Shown: piece after piece, positions 1 to 16,437 of the stretch | Position numbering within the stretch: the stretch's first letter is position 1 | Layout: each line of letters opens with the position of its first letter | Assembly (NCBI RefSeq): GCF_009914755.1 | Contig: NC_060931.1 | Strand: one strand, 5' to 3' | Origin: the human T2T-CHM13v2.0 reference genome, Homo sapiens | DNA length: 64,000 bases | Notes under the pieces: model-generated | Database searches by the model: none | The model's input: only the letters and a program-made list of their open reading frames with translations | What the model was told of the DNA's origin: nothing | Made by a program: the position numbers and the translations under genes

Positions 1-443
1 CACACTATGGTTCTTAATTGCCACTCCACCCCAAACACAGACTATGACCACTAAGACTTAAATACTGATGAATTGTCTTTATTGCCTGAATTTTGAATTG
101 TTTGTTCTGATGAGTTTGGTTCGCAGAGATTCCTGTTGCATAGTGTACTTCACTTTCTTTATATTATCCTCCCAATAGCCATTATAGTGGCCTCCCTCCT
201 GTGTTATATCCCTTAAGAATTATAAATGCTCATACGTAGCCATCCTTTGTACATCAAAAGATCTCATTACAGTTAGAGTAAAAAAACACGAGGAAAGCAT
301 AATCATCCAACTAATTTCATATAATGAATTGTGAATTTATATAGAGATCAAACAAGTCCATTATGAAGGTGACAGAAAGGAGTATCAGTGCCAAGGTTTT
401 GGTCAATCTCTTAAAATTGAGTGGCTGAGCAAAAGAGAATAAT
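1..443 (+). mobile_element. Probable 3' end of an ERV1 (MER4-group) internal region with degenerate polypurine tract
   Basis: ggtcaatctcttaaaattgagtggctgagcaaaagagaataat immediately precedes the LTR TG start, as in MER4-group internals. Confidence 0.45.
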
Positions 444-1169
<726 letters not shown>

Positions 1170-1413
1170 TGAACATGGATATATTTGGAGGTTAAATATG
1201 AATATATTAAAATGATTTAAAAAATTCAAGTAAAGGAAATGAGGGAAATTTATTGCCAACAAGTGTACACTAAAAGAAATCCTGCCTAATAAAATATTAC
1301 TTTTTTCCTTTTAAGGTTCATATGATTGTTTTAAATAAAAGTATAACATTGTCCTCTGAATGTATGTATGACAACTGTAGAGTAAGAGATGAAAGCATGT
1401 GATAAACTAATAT

Positions 1414-2777
<1,364 letters not shown>

Positions 2778-3991
2778 AGCTTGAAATGTTTGTACACGTT
2801 ATGTGAAGTGGTATGTTAACTCTAAGTGAACTGTGGAGAGTTAAGCATGCACATTGTTTCTTCTAGAGGAGTCACTAAAACGCAATGTAAAGAAGTATAG
2901 TTAAAGAGTCAATTGATGGCTTAAGTTGGAATTCTAAAAAAGCAAAAAGACAAATTTAAATAATTCCCAAAAAGACAGAAAAAAAAGGAACAGAGAAATA
3001 GAAACGTAGGGTTTTCCAGAAGCCAGTAATAAAATGTTACACTTAATCCAAATATATCATAATTACATTAATTACATTAATGGTAATATACTAAACATTC
3101 CAATTATAAGGCAGACATTGTCAGAATAGATAATAAAGCAAGACACAGCTATATGCTATTTACAAGAGGCATACTTCAGTTATATAAAGATACAAATCCA
3201 TTGAAAGTAAGTCAATGAAAAATACATACAATGTAAATAAAATATAAATAGGCTGTAGTGGCTATTTTGAGATCAGATTAAATAGATTTCATGACAAAGG
3301 GTGTTACAAGACATAGAGAGAGTCATGTCTTAGTTACAAAACAGTTAATTTGTCAAGAAAACCTAACAATCATAAATGTATATGCATCTAGTAACAAAGG
3401 TTCAAAATACTTGAGGCAAAAATGAACAGACACAAAAAGGAGAGATACACAATTCCACTGATCACCTTAGGGGGTTTTAACATCTTTGTCTACTTGATAA
3501 AGCAACTAGACAAAACAACTAATAAATACATAGATCTAAACAATACATCAATCACCTTCAGGTAGTTGATATTTATGGAACACTACACCAAACACACACT
3601 AAATATTATTTTCAAATGCACATGATATGTTTACTACTATAGATGATATGTGGGGACATAAAACAAGTCTTAATACATTTAAAAGTATTGAATTCATCCC
3701 ACATATGTTCTCTAGCCAACACAGAGTCAAATTAAAAATCAATGACCATAAGACATCTAGGAAAATATCAAATATTTTAAAATTAAACACACTTCTAAAT
3801 AACCTACAGGTCAAAGAAGAAGTCACAAGATAAATTAGAAAATATTTAAACTTAGTGCAAAATAAAACATATCAAATTTTGTATAATGCAGTTAAAACTC
3901 TGCTAAGAAGAAAAATTAGCCTTATTTGCTTACCTTAGAAGACAAGAAAGATCTAAAATTAATGATAATGTTTCAATATTAAGAAACTAGA

Positions 3992-4265
3992 GGCTGGGTG
4001 TGGTGGCTCACGCCTGTAATCCCAGGACTTTGGGAGGCCAAGTTGGGTGGATCACTTGAGGTCAGGAGTTCAAGATCAGCTTGGTCAACATGGTGAAACC
4101 CTGTCTCTACTAAAAATACAAAAATTAGCCCTGCATGGTGGCGGGTGCCTGTAATCCCAGCTACTTGGGAGGCTGAGGCACAAAAATCACTTGAACCCAG
4201 GAGGCGGAGATTGCAGTGAGCCGAGATCATGCCACTGCACTCCAGCCTAGGCGACAGAGTGAGAT
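3992..4265 (+). mobile_element. AluS with TSD aagaaactaga
   Basis: ggctgggtgtggtggctcacgcc start; TSD at 3981-3991 and 4560-4570. Confidence 0.95.
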
Positions 4266-4268
4266 TAA

Positions 4269-4269
4269 G

Positions 4270-4303
<34 letters not shown>

Positions 4304-4558
4304 TACACACACACATATATATACACACATATATATACACATATATACACATATATACACATATATATACATATATATACACATATATATACACATATAT
4401 ACACATATATATACACATATATATACCCATATATACATATATACACATATATATACATATATATACACACATATATATACACATATATATACATATATAC
4501 ACACATATATATACACATATATATACATATACACACATATATATATACATATATATAT
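4269..4558. repeat. Compound (TA)n/(CA)n/(TACA) microsatellite, ~290 bp
   Basis: Directly visible; source of spurious Y/I/H/T-rich ORFs. Confidence 0.97.
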
Positions 4559-4692
4559 AAAGAAACTAGAAAAATGATTAAATTAAACCAAAAATAAGAA
4601 GGAAGAAAATTTAAAAATGGTAAGAATGGAAATTGTGAAATGGAGGATAGATACACAAGAGAAAAAATTTGAAAAGTCAAAAGTTATTTCCT

Positions 4693-4733
4693 ACCTAAGT
4701 GTCCATAGACAGATGAATGGATAAAGAAAATAT

Positions 4734-4769
<36 letters not shown>

Positions 4770-5280
4770 AATATATATTAGAATATTATTCAGCCATAAA
4801 AAGAAAAAGAACTTCCGTTTACCACAACACGGATGAACTTGAAGGACATTGTAAGTGAAATAAACCAGGCACAGAAACAGAAATATTGCATGATTTTACT
4901 TATATGTGGAATCTTAAAAAGTCAAGCTTATAGAAGCAAAGAGTAGAATGGTGGTTTCCAGGAGCTGAGGGGTGGAGAAAATGAAAGATGTTGGTCAAAG
5001 GATATAAACTTTCAGTTTTAAGATGAATTAGTTCTGGAGATATATTATGGGGACTGTAGTTAATAATACTGTATTTTTTACTTGAAATGTGACAAGAGAA
5101 AGATTTTTGGCATCCTCACCACATATGCACGTACACACACACAAATGATAACAATGGGTGATGACAGATGTGTTAATTCACTTGACTGTGGTAATCATTA
5201 CACAATGTATACATGTATCGAATCATCATGTTGAACACCTTGAATATATACATTTCTTTTTCAATTAAATATTTTTAAAA
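4693..5280 (+). mobile_element. L1MA/L1MB-type 3' end with internal (GT)n at ~4735-4766
   Basis: cctaagtgtccatagacagatgaatggataaagaaaat ... L1M 3'UTR motifs. Confidence 0.75.
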
Positions 5281-6032
5281 GCCCAAAGGTTTAGCTTTGA
5301 AAGAATTAATGAAAGTGATAGACCTATTGTTAGTCTGATCGAGAAAAAGAGAATACACATCATCAATATAAAAAAATTACAGATCCTAAAAAAAGATAAA
5401 GGAATATTACAAACTTCTGTGTGCCAATTAATTTGGCACTTAGATGAAATGAATAAAATCTTTAAAAATCAAAGTTAACAAAATTAATACTAGGTAAAAT
5501 AGAATATGATAAATGCATATATATCTGTTTTTTTTTAATCAGAAGACTTACCACAGTGAAAACTTCAGGCCTAGATAGTTTTACTGATAAATGTTATCAA
5601 ACATTCTAGGAAACAACCACCAATCTTATATAGGTTATTTCAGAAATAAAAGAGGGAGTACTTCTCAAACAATTTTAGGAGTCTAACTTTACCTCATATA
5701 ACAAAATCAGACAAAGATTTTACAAAAAATAGAGGAAATCTTAGATTAATATTTCTCACATACACAAACACAAACATCTTTACAAAGCAAATAAAAAACA
5801 ATAATTTATAGAAAAGATATATCCTAATCAAGTAAAGTTTATCTCAGGAATGCAAATATTCACTTACCATTAAAATTAATCAATGTAATTTAACATACTA
5901 ATGGAGTAAAAGAGAAAATTAATCATTTTGCTAGATATAGCTTTGAAGAATTTTTAAAAATATATAATGAACACGTATATTGAACACAGAGTAGAAAAAG
6001 GTGAAAAAGGAAATCACAAGCAGAAAAGTTAA

Positions 6033-6761
6033 TTCTTCATAGGAATAGAAAAAATACTAAATTTATATGAAAATGCAAAAGACCTGGAATAGCCAAAGCA
6101 ATGCTGTGCAAAACAAGAAAGCTAGAGACATCACACTTCCTGACTTCAAAATATTCCACAAAACTATAGTAATCAAACCAGCATGGTACTAGCATAAAAA
6201 CAGACACAGAGACCAATGGAACAGATTAGGGAGCCCACATATAAATCCACACAATTACAACCAACTCATCTTCAACAAAGGCTCCAGGAATACACAATGG
6301 GAAAAGGACAGTCTTTTCCATAAATGGTGCTGGGGAAACTGTATAGCCACCAGCACAAGAATGAAACTAGACCCCTACCTCTCACCATACACAAAAATCA
6401 AGTCAAAATGGGTTAAAGATTTAAGTCTAAGATCTGAAGCTCTGAAACTATTAGAAAAAAGTCATGAGGAAATGATCTAGGACATTGGTCTGGTCAAATA
6501 TATTTTGTGTAAGACCTCAAAAGCACAGTCAACAAACGTAAAAATAGAAAAAATGGGACTACATCAAGCTAAAAAGCTCTGTACAGAAAAAAAAAGTGAA
6601 GAGACTACTCACAGAATGGGGAAAATATTTGCAAACTACCCATCTGACAAAGGATTAATAACCAGAATGTATATAAAGACCTCAAACAACTCTATAGCTA
6701 TGTATATATATGTATGTCTTATTTTTATGTGTTATTCTGAAAAACGTCTATTCATATCTTT

Positions 6762-6797
<36 letters not shown>

Positions 6798-7770
6798 TGA
6801 TTAAAAATGGGCAAAAGATATGAGTAGACATTTTTCAGAATAAGACATAAAAATAGTCAACAGGTATATGAAAAAATGCTCAATATCACCAATCAGAGAA
6901 ATGCACATCAAAACCACAGTGAGATATCATCTCACACCAGTTAAAATGTCTTTTATCAAAAAGTCAGGGAATAACAAATGCTGGTGAGGATATGGAGGAA
7001 GGAAAACTTTCATTCACTGTTGGTAGAAATGTAAATTAGTACAGTCACTATGGAAAACAGTATGGAGGTTCCTCAAAAACCTAAAACTAGAAATACTATA
7101 TGATTCAGTGATTCCACTACTGAGTATATATCCAAAAGAAAGGAAAACAATATATCGAAAAGATATCTGCATTCCCATGTTTATTGCAGCCCTATTCGCA
7201 TTAGGCAAAATGTGGAATCAACATAAGTGTCCATCAGTGGATGAATGGGTAGAGAAAATGTGGTATATATACACAATGGAATATTATTAAGCCATAAAAG
7301 AGAATAAAATTCTGTCATTTGTACCAACATGGATGGAACTGGAGGTCATTATGTTAAATAAAATAAGCCAACTACATAAGACAAATATTGCTTGTTCACA
7401 CTGATATATGAAAGCTAAAATGGTGGATCTCATGAAGATAGAGAGTAGATTGGTGGTTACCAGAGGCCAAGAAAGGGAGTGTGGAGGGAGGATAAGGAGA
7501 GGCTGATTAATGGGTACAAATATACAGTTAGATTCAATAATTAAGACCATGTTTGATATATCAGTGGGGTGACTATAGTTAACAATAATCTGTTGCACAT
7601 TTCAAAATAAATAGAGGAGAAAAATTCATATGTTTCTAGCACAAAGAAAAGATAGATATTTAAGGTGATGGATATTCCAATTACTCTGATTTGATTTTTA
7701 CAGATTATATGAATGTATCAAATTATCACATTTACCCCCAAAATTTGTATATCTATTATGTATCAATACA
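6033..7770 (+). mobile_element. L1MA-type element, ORF2 3' end + 3'UTR, with internal (TA)n
   Basis: ORF2-like peptides (IPLLSIYPKERK..., KMWYIYTMEYY) with frameshifts; L1MA 3'UTR. Confidence 0.85.
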
Positions 7771-8877
7771 AATACATTTTAAAACTATGAAAGCCGATAG
7801 TGGTAGAATAGAAGGTACATGAGGAAGTTAGAGATAAAGCAATGCAAAAATTAAGAGACATGAACCACAGAATGAAAAGTCCAGTATTTGTCTGATAGTA
7901 ATTCTAAAAGAAGAGAATAATTATAATTCATGGACAGTAAATAGATAAAGATAGAGAACTATTTGATGAAAGTCATGAATTGTTAAATCGAAGAAGTATA
8001 ACAAGTCCTGAGCCAGATAAACAAAAATATAGCCTCTCCTAAACAAATTACATTGAATCTGTAAAAAATCTCAAGACAATGATAATGTCCTAAATATAAG
8101 CAGAGGGGAGGAAAACAGAATACCTGCAAACAATTAAACTCAGTGTATTTTAAAAGCAACAATACATCCTCGAAGTCAATGAGGTAAATTTGTTACTAAA
8201 AAAATCATCACTAGAATTGAACTAGAACTCTGAACCCAAGTTAGAACACTTTTCAAAACTGAGGGTGAATTAAAACATAGAACTAGAAAAAGTTTACATT
8301 TGTGAAAGAATTAACAAAAATTGAACTTCAGCAGAAAGAAAATGGAACCAAGTACCTAGGGGAGAAAAAACAAGTACAATAAAAAAGCAAAAGGAGGCAA
8401 CAAATTGGTAAAATATCATTGAAAATTGAAATAAATAGTAACCATTAAAGATAATAATGATTATAACAATAATTAGTTAATTAATTTTGATAAAATAACT
8501 GGAAGATAAAGTATCTCATAACTAATCTCTTTATGTTATTAGAAGAAAAGACAATACGTTCTAAAATTTTTTTAATTACATTGTGCTAAAACTAAGTATT
8601 TGCTGATGTTTCCAATTCAAGAGCTTTCTCTTAAGTTCTCACTTTCCATTAACTTTAATATACATTTTGTGAATTTAATGATTATGACAATAAAACAATG
8701 CAAATTCCTTAAACAGGAGAGGAAAAGTAGGGAAGCATTAAATCTGGTCAATCCAAGAGGTGCGTGAAAGAAGAAATATGAAGAAAAAGGAATCCAAAAG
8801 AAAACATGATGACTAGAAAACAATAACAATTTCCATTTATATTTGGTCTCTTTTAACTTATTTTTCATGCCTTCTAG

Positions 8878-8954
8878 GATGAAGGTGAACCACTTGTTCA
8901 AACAAACAAGAAATGTAATGCAAAGGACTCATTTTACAAGTCCTCTACACAAAA
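8878..8954 (+). CDS. SPMIP7: SPMIP7/SPATA48 coding exon (77 nt): DEGEPLVQTNKKCNAKDSFYKSSTQ(K)
   Basis: Pyrimidine tract + ttctag acceptor; donor aa|gtaagc; ends phase 2, matching next exon. Confidence 0.9.
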
Positions 8955-9244
8955 GTAAGCAGTTTTCCCAGTGGAATTTTGATTTTGGAATATATTTCTT
9001 TTTCCTTTATGACACATCCTCTTTATGTCTATAATATCCTGGATCTTATGAGTGACACAGAGGACATCAAACACAGACATTTACTGATATTGATTGCTAA
9101 AATAAACATTGAAGGAAGAGTCTTAAGGCACACCTATGCTTGATGGAAGAATAAAACCAAAACAGAAAGTAAATGGTCAAAGAGGGAGTGGGGGGATAAG
9201 AGTACAGCATCCTAGAAAGCCAAGACAGAGAAAGTTTAAATGGG

Positions 9245-11060
9245 AGAATTCATTGACTCAGTCAACAAATATATTGGGTACCTATTACGAATCTATGTTT
9301 TAGACTATGAGCTACATCAGTGAGTAGGCAAAGATCTCTGCTCTCAAATCTCTCATTATAAAGGTGTATTGATCTCTTTTCACTCTGCTAATAAAGACAT
9401 ACCAGAGACTAGGCAATTTATAAAGGAAAGAGGTTTAATTGACACAGTTCCACATGGCTGGGGAGGCCTCACAATCATGGCAGAAGGCAAGGAGGAGCAA
9501 AGTTACGTCTTATATGGTGGCAATCAAGAGAGCCTGTGCAGGGCAGCTCCCATTTATAAAACCATCAGATCTCGTGAGACTTATTCACTACCACGAGAAC
9601 GGTATGGGGGAAACTGCCCCCATGATTCAATTATCTCCACCTGGCCCCACCCTAGACAGGTAAGGATTATTACAATTCAAGGTCAGATTTGGGTGGGGAC
9701 ACAGCCAAACCATATCAAAAGGGAAACAGACAATAATAAACAAACACACTTAGAAAGTAAATAGATCATATCTTAAAAAGTGACAGATAAGTCTATTAAG
9801 AAAAGGTAGAACAGGACAAGATCAGGAGTCCCACATGTACAGGGTAGCAGGCTTCAGTAATAAGTAGGAGGTGTGGGGAGGCCTCCCCAGGTGCTGAGGG
9901 GTGTGCAGAAATTTGGAGGAGTTGAGAGAGCAGCCATGCAGAGATTTGGAGTGACTCTATACCCTGAAGAGGGAATATAGAGCAAAAGCCCAGGTCAGAA
10001 GTATGCTTAAGATGTTAAGGAAGAACAAAAGGCCAGGGTGCCTGGAGTAGGGTAACAGTAGGGTAAGAGGAGGGAGTAGCAAAAGGAGAGGTCAGAGAAG
10101 TGCTAGGAACCAGATCTTGTGGGACACTTTAAGCAATTGTAATTTTACCAGGACTGTCATTCTGAGTGACATGAGGCTTTAGCAGAGAAGTGGAAAGATC
10201 AGACTTATACAAGAAGGTAATAATCATGGTGGCTGCTGTGATCAAAGTAGATTTTTACAGGGGAGAGAAGATGGAACACCAGTTAGGAGGTTATTGTTGT
10301 CATTTAGGACAGAGATAATGGTAGCTTGGGGGAGAGTGCTGGCAGAAAAATTTGTAAGCAACGGTTGAGTTCTGGATGTATGTCGAATGTAGAGCCAACA
10401 CAATTTTCTGATTGTGATGAATCTGGAGAAAAGACGACTCAAAAATGATTCTAAGGCTTTGGCCTATGCAGCTGGATGTACTGAGGTTGCCATTTCATAA
10501 CAAGGTGAAGGCAGTGGAGAAGTCAGTTTTACATACATTGAATATAAAGATGTTCATTAGACATCCAAGTGGATATGTCAAGTAGGCAGTGTGAAATATG
10601 GATTTGAAGTTTGAGGCAGAGGCCTGGGCCAGAGAAATCAACCGGGGTGTCATGGCTTGTAGAAAGGTATGTAAAGCCATGGAACTGAATGAGAACACTA
10701 AAGGTGAAGTATAGTCATACAGGCAAAGGGCACTGAGTCCTGGCATCTCGTTAAAAAAGAGAAAAAAAGAGGAGAAGCCAGCAATCGAGACTGAAACGGA
10801 GCAACCAGTAAGGTAGGAGGAAGATGAAGAGTCTAGGTCCTGGAAGGCAGATTGAGGATGTGTTCAGGGAAGAGTAGTGATTGCCTATTCACATCATGCA
10901 AATAGGTCAAGTGGGATGAGGCCCAAGAATGGATAATGGGGCTGACTAGTGGATTTAGAATTCAGCAGAGTGATAGAGTGAATGCCAAAACACATGGCAT
11001 GACACAGAGAAATGGATGAAGAGGGAAAGAGAGGCAGCAAAGAGAATAAAGAAATGACAA
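9245..11060 (-). mobile_element. LINE-2 (L2) remnant, interrupted by THE1 LTR
   Basis: attcattgactcagtcaacaaatatattg (L2 3' end reversed) followed by purine-rich L2-type sequence. Confidence 0.7.
9365..9717 (-). mobile_element. THE1 (THE1B/C-like) MaLR solo LTR with 5-bp TSD AAAGG
   Basis: Ends ...gacacagccaaaccatatca (reverse complement of THE1 start); aaagg at 9360-9364 and 9718-9722. Confidence 0.92.
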
Positions 11061-12382
11061 CACGTGTGGACCTCAAAGCACTCCATATCTGCCCACACTT
11101 TTTTCTTCACATATTTTGAACACTTCAGACAGGCTTCACATTTCAACTTCATTTTTTTTCATTCAAATTAAAAGTATACCCATGACCAAACATAGTGTCA
11201 TGAAACACATGTATGAACGCCTACTATCCCAGGGGTGTTATGAAAACACTTAAAAACATGATATGAAGTTGGATCTCAAAGTATTAGAACAACATGAGGA
11301 AAAAGTCTTGTTCATCAGCCATCTTAGAATCCAACTCTAAGGCTTAAAACATACCTGCTTGCTGAACATGGGATCCTTGTTGAACTTGCTGAACTTGCTG
11401 AACTTGGCATCCTCCATTCTTTTTCACCTCAATTTTCTCATCTTAAAAATGAAGGATGATAACCAAATGGCTCATAAATTCCTCTCTGACTTTTGGGTTT
11501 ATTTCCCATTGTATTCTTATCTTGATTTTAATTTTAAAAATTCCAGTGATCATCTCAGAAACAGTTAATATTTTATTAAGGTTGTGATACTTCACTCAGA
11601 ATGGAAAAGTTTTATTATATGACAAAGTATCAAATCATAGTATTAAGTAGTTTCTCTTTAAACATATAAAGTATCCTTAGGGAAAAGTTTATTACCTTCA
11701 TGGAAAATTCCATAAAATATTTATGAAATTTATCAGAGGCTCAAACAGTGAGGTATCTTTTAAGCTTTCATTGAACTCACAGATTAATTTCTTACATACA
11801 ATACTAGTCAGATATGGTAGAAAACATTTAAGACTTTGCCATGATTTAAAATATCTTATTATATTTAGTGCTTCTATGACACTAATTTTAAGATAAGTAA
11901 GTTCTAAATGTATTCACACACAACAAGAACACTATGGACTCATCACTGATCTACTTAACTTTTCCAATATTATGTTTTTAAATTTTCACAGCATTCCTAT
12001 GTGGTAGAGATAATTTTTGTAATGGTCCTTTTTCATTCTTGTATCGTAAACACCTAGCACAAGTCTTGAAATATAGTTATCTCTGAACAAATATATGTGG
12101 AGGAAGTGAGAATCACTGGTAATTCTTTTAAAAATGACTTTGACTCACAGTGGGATTTTTTTGGAAAGATATGCCTTGTCCATAGAATGGAAAGATCAAG
12201 TTTCACACTAAGTGTGAATAGGGCAGGAGAAGGTCTGGGGATCCATCTATCTTGTCAGAATATAGTCTTTAGAATGAGGGTTGTATGGTTTTCACTCAGG
12301 ATCCAACTGGAATTGATTTCACTGTGTCTGTCATATATGCCTGTGAAAGAACAACTTTCAAAACTCCAAAGATCCCCATATT

Positions 12383-12415
<33 letters not shown>
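12383..12415. repeat. (TG)n microsatellite
   Basis: Directly visible. Confidence 0.95.
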
Positions 12416-12416
<1 letters not shown>

Positions 12417-12689
12417 TAAAATAATTGCATGTCATAGGACGGCTGAAGCCCTTCAACCATGCCAAAAAACTTGTACAATTTGGCTGCATTAGTGTGGAAT
12501 AGTGGGACTGTTGCTGAATCTTAGGAGGCAGATTATTTTTGCAGGGGAGAGTCCTGACTTTGACCAATAGCTGACCTTAAGCAAAGGAAATCAGTTTTCT
12601 AAGCCATAGTTGATTTGTAAATTAATGGTATCCTCTGAAGGTCAAATGAGCATTTTTTTGGAAACTGTAAGATGTATGTAAGTTTTCTA

Positions 12690-13194
12690 CTTCTGTGTGA
12701 CAGACTGCAGGAATTTAGCAGCTTCTGTTATCTAGCAGTCCTGTAGGTCAGAAGTCTAGGTATGTCCCAACTGGGTTTACTGTTTAGGGTTCCCTAAAGC
12801 TGGAATCAAGGTGTCAGATGAGACTTGGTTCTCATCTTCCGGGATCATTCAGGTTGTTGACAGAATTCCATTTATTGTGGCTATAGGACTGACATTTGTT
12901 TCTTCAAGGGCAGACAAAGAGCATGTGTTGTTGTTTTGTGTCTCTTTTTTAGAGCTTGCTTGCTTAGGTTGGGCCTATTCAGGAAAATCCCACCTTCTGA
13001 TTAACTCAAATTCAACCAATTAGGGACCTTTACTACATGTGCCAATCTCTTGGGGCATATAAAATCACATAACACAGGAGTACTACCTCATCATAATCAC
13101 TTGCTCTGCCTACTGTCCAGGGGAGGTGATTATATATGGTATACACACCAAGGGGCAGGGATCCTCAGGGTCATCTTCGGATTCTCTTATCATA
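12690..13194 (-). mobile_element. MLT1-type MaLR LTR remnant
   Basis: ctgtaggtcagaagtc, ggttgttgacagaattc, gattaactcaaa motifs typical of MLT1E/F. Confidence 0.6.
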
Positions 13195-13258
13195 GTATCA
13201 TATTGTTATAAACTTTACCAATTGAATATGCTTTTCATAAGATGTTCCTATTTAATAA

Positions 13259-13420
<162 letters not shown>

Positions 13421-13539
13421 TGAACAATAATGTATTTCTCATTGTTATTGAAATGAGTTCTAAAACTTTAAGTCAAAATAATACTTATTTTATTGTTAAC
13501 AATACCTAAGGAAGTAAATTTATGTAAGATAAGTAAATA

Positions 13540-13564
13540 TACACACACACACACACACACACAC
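13540..13564. repeat. (CA)n microsatellite
   Basis: Directly visible. Confidence 0.95.
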
Positions 13565-15256
13565 GTATGGAGTTGAAATTTCCGTAATCGTGCAAGTTAT
13601 TGATGACTGCAAATACTTTGACGTTTTCAATATTCAAAACTTTTATTGATTATGTAAAGACTACCTCTTTCTCAAAAGTTATTTGCAATGACTGTGTTTA
13701 TTTTTGGAATTGCAAGAGAATGAGTAAATAATGAAGAAGACAGAAATAATTTTACCAGATAACCTATGCTGAAGATGGTTCTTCACACAGGATCTAGATC
13801 TTAGCTCTGTACTTTTCATGGCAAAAAGAGAAGATCCATAGATTGCTATCTGATGTTGTCACTTATTATGTGATAAAACAAAGCATACCAACTTTTCAGT
13901 AGTGACACTCATTCTTTTTATTTCCGAGTGTCAAGAAGAATTTATCACAGGAATTATCATATCTATGCCATAGCCAGATAACTTTTCGTAATGTGTGAAT
14001 CTGTTTGTATTACTCCACTGATTAAACCCATCCTTTTTTATTTAAAAATAAAATCCACACTCCTTGACGTGACACAGACCCAATTCTCCATTATTTGCCC
14101 ATGGTTCCCTCCTTAGCTTTATCCCTGCCCCGTTCTCGTCTTCTTACTGTTCCTCTTTATTGCCCAAACATCACCCCACAGTGTACTCTGTCCTTTCTCT
14201 GCTGAGCTTCTCTCAAGTCCTCAAGTCTCCCATGCTCGTTTCCAGGTTGTGTGCTTTGCAAAGAGTCTTCCACTGCCTTCATCACTCTCCCTATTTATGC
14301 TAGGTGAATCTCAAGAATTCTTCAGGTCTTATTGTAACCCTCACTTTTGACCTCCCAACACTGGATTAGATGTCTCAGCTCTGTGCTTGCGAAGTACCTT
14401 CTACTTCCATTGATTCCTTTATCTTTTTGTGCCACTTCTCACGCGTAGGAGTCTGGTTAAGCCCTTGGGCTTTTCCCATAATGAAGTTTTTGAGTACACA
14501 AAATCCATAGGATTAAAAAGTAAATCAATTATATTGAAATACAGCTCTTAATATAGATCCCAAGAGGTCCCCTGATGGTAGGTTAAGATGCCTATATTTT
14601 CTTGTAAAATTTATTCAGCTTTTACAGAGAAAAATGATAATAAAAGAGGAAAAACATGTCTTTAATATAAAGACTCAAACCTGAGATTTTTCACATAGAA
14701 AAAGTGAATTAAAATAAAAATATATATGATTTCATCTAGCTAATTTTAAAGGATCTCTAAACTACTTTAAAATATTTTTATACCTGTGAAAGTTGGTCCT
14801 TTCATTACACATTCCTTGCCGTTAAATTCTACTAGCATCCAAAGTCCTTCTTGGGCCAGATGATATTCAAAGCTTAGGATCTAGGCTCGTTTGGAAGTGG
14901 GAAACTGGCCTGGGTTTGCAGAGGGTAGACTACAGTGGATCCAAGTCAGAACAGTAGCTAAGGATGAAAACTAAAATCAGACTTTCCACATGGGTTTTGG
15001 TATGAAACAGGTGGATAATGAGACAGATTCCAGCTATGAGAAAACAAATGGAAATTGGAAGTCTGAGATCAGATCAAAGACCATGAGTGGCTCCAGACCG
15101 AATCCATGAAGTGCTAGCAAAGCTTGGAGAGTGCGTTTCCTAGGGAGCCTGGGGCATAGCTATGACGTAGAAAGGACTGTCAAGGGGACAGGAGTTTATC
15201 CACCAGAAATTATAACGTGCTCATTAACTGTCATTGATTTTGATGATTATTTTTAG

Positions 15257-15324
15257 ATGGTTGGTGAGCTCTGGGACAGATTTCAAACAAGATCTTTCTT
15301 GGCACCAGTCAAACCAATTAATTT
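15257..15324 (+). CDS. SPMIP7: SPMIP7/SPATA48 coding exon (68 nt): MVGELWDRFQTRSFLAPVKPIN(F)
   Basis: Acceptor tttttag|, donor tt|gtaagt; phase 0 in, phase 2 out. Confidence 0.9.
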
Positions 15325-15536
15325 GTAAGTTTTATCTCCTAAAGTTCTCACACTAGGTTTCTCACTATCATGTTTTGTAATTAAGAAGCTGATGCTGTAG
15401 CCCTTGGCTTAGAGGTGTGGGTGAGGGATATGTTCTCTGATGGAGAGCATCCCAGGGACTCCCTGACTCACATCCTTAGGGCTGGGAAATCCCAGGACAG
15501 TTGCTCAGTGTGCCTGCTTCCTTTACTTTCTCTTTA

Positions 15537-15720
<184 letters not shown>

Positions 15721-15803
15721 ATAGGGGGGGCTTTATAAACAGTTTGATATAAACAATTACAATATTGCTAAAATCCATGGACTTTATATAAAATAGATTA
15801 TAC

Positions 15804-16437
15804 ATTATTTTCAATCAATTTTTGTATTATATAGTTACTTTGTGTTCTATTAATGTTAGAAACTATGGTTTCATTACTACTACTTCCTCACATGTAATTT
15901 TCACATTTAGTCTAAAAAACTAGGTGTTTCTGCCTTTGAAAACATCACAATATTGTCTGTTCATTTTTGCTCTTAACACAACCCACAACACAGGTTATCA
16001 TCTTTGTTTTTATTTTGTATTCATTTTTGAATATTTTATGTACACAAAAATGTATAAGAATATGACATAGTCTGTGTGTATGCTCCCCAACTTTAGAAAT
16101 AAAATATTACTTACACAATGGAAAATTTCTGTATTTTTTTTTCTAAGCATATCTATCTTCCTCGTGGAGCATGACTAGTATTCCGGATTTGACATTTCAC
16201 ATTTTCATGCATTCTTATAATTTTTTAAAACACATGTGTTATTGTTAACCTATATATGGAATTGTGTTCTTTGTCTATAAACCCAGTATTAGTGGTATCA
16301 TACATATATTTATGCAACTTTATATTTTTGTTCATATGAAAAGTTACATATGAGGAAGTAATACTAATAAAGTCATAGTTTCTAACATTAATAGAACACA
16401 AAGTAACTATATAATACAAAAATTGATAGAAAATAAT
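15804..16437. repeat. Inverted repeat: ~104-bp arms at 15804-15906 and 16334-16437
   Basis: Arm 2 reverse complement matches arm 1 at roughly 90%, incl. exact core atcaatttttgtattatatagttactttgtgttctattaatgttagaaactatg. Confidence 0.93.

Larger units (their letters stand above)
2778..5950 (+). mobile_element. Ancient L1M element (ORF2 5' region), interrupted by younger inserts; also 1230-1413
   Basis: A-rich degenerate endonuclease-region sequence (e.g. HKTSLNTFKSIE in ORF 3627..3833) with many stops. Confidence 0.7.

Noticed and set aside
3979-4680. ORFs of 89-233 aa on both strands rich in Y/I/V/C/H/T
   Set aside because: Translation of the TA/CA microsatellite plus Alu; simple repeats lack stop codons
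9369-9764. 131-aa ORF
   Set aside because: Lies almost wholly within the THE1 LTR; non-ATG start
11358-11408. Short 9-bp tandem (gaacttgct) giving LLNLLNLLNL
   Set aside because: Only ~3 copies, ordinary slippage; no exon signals
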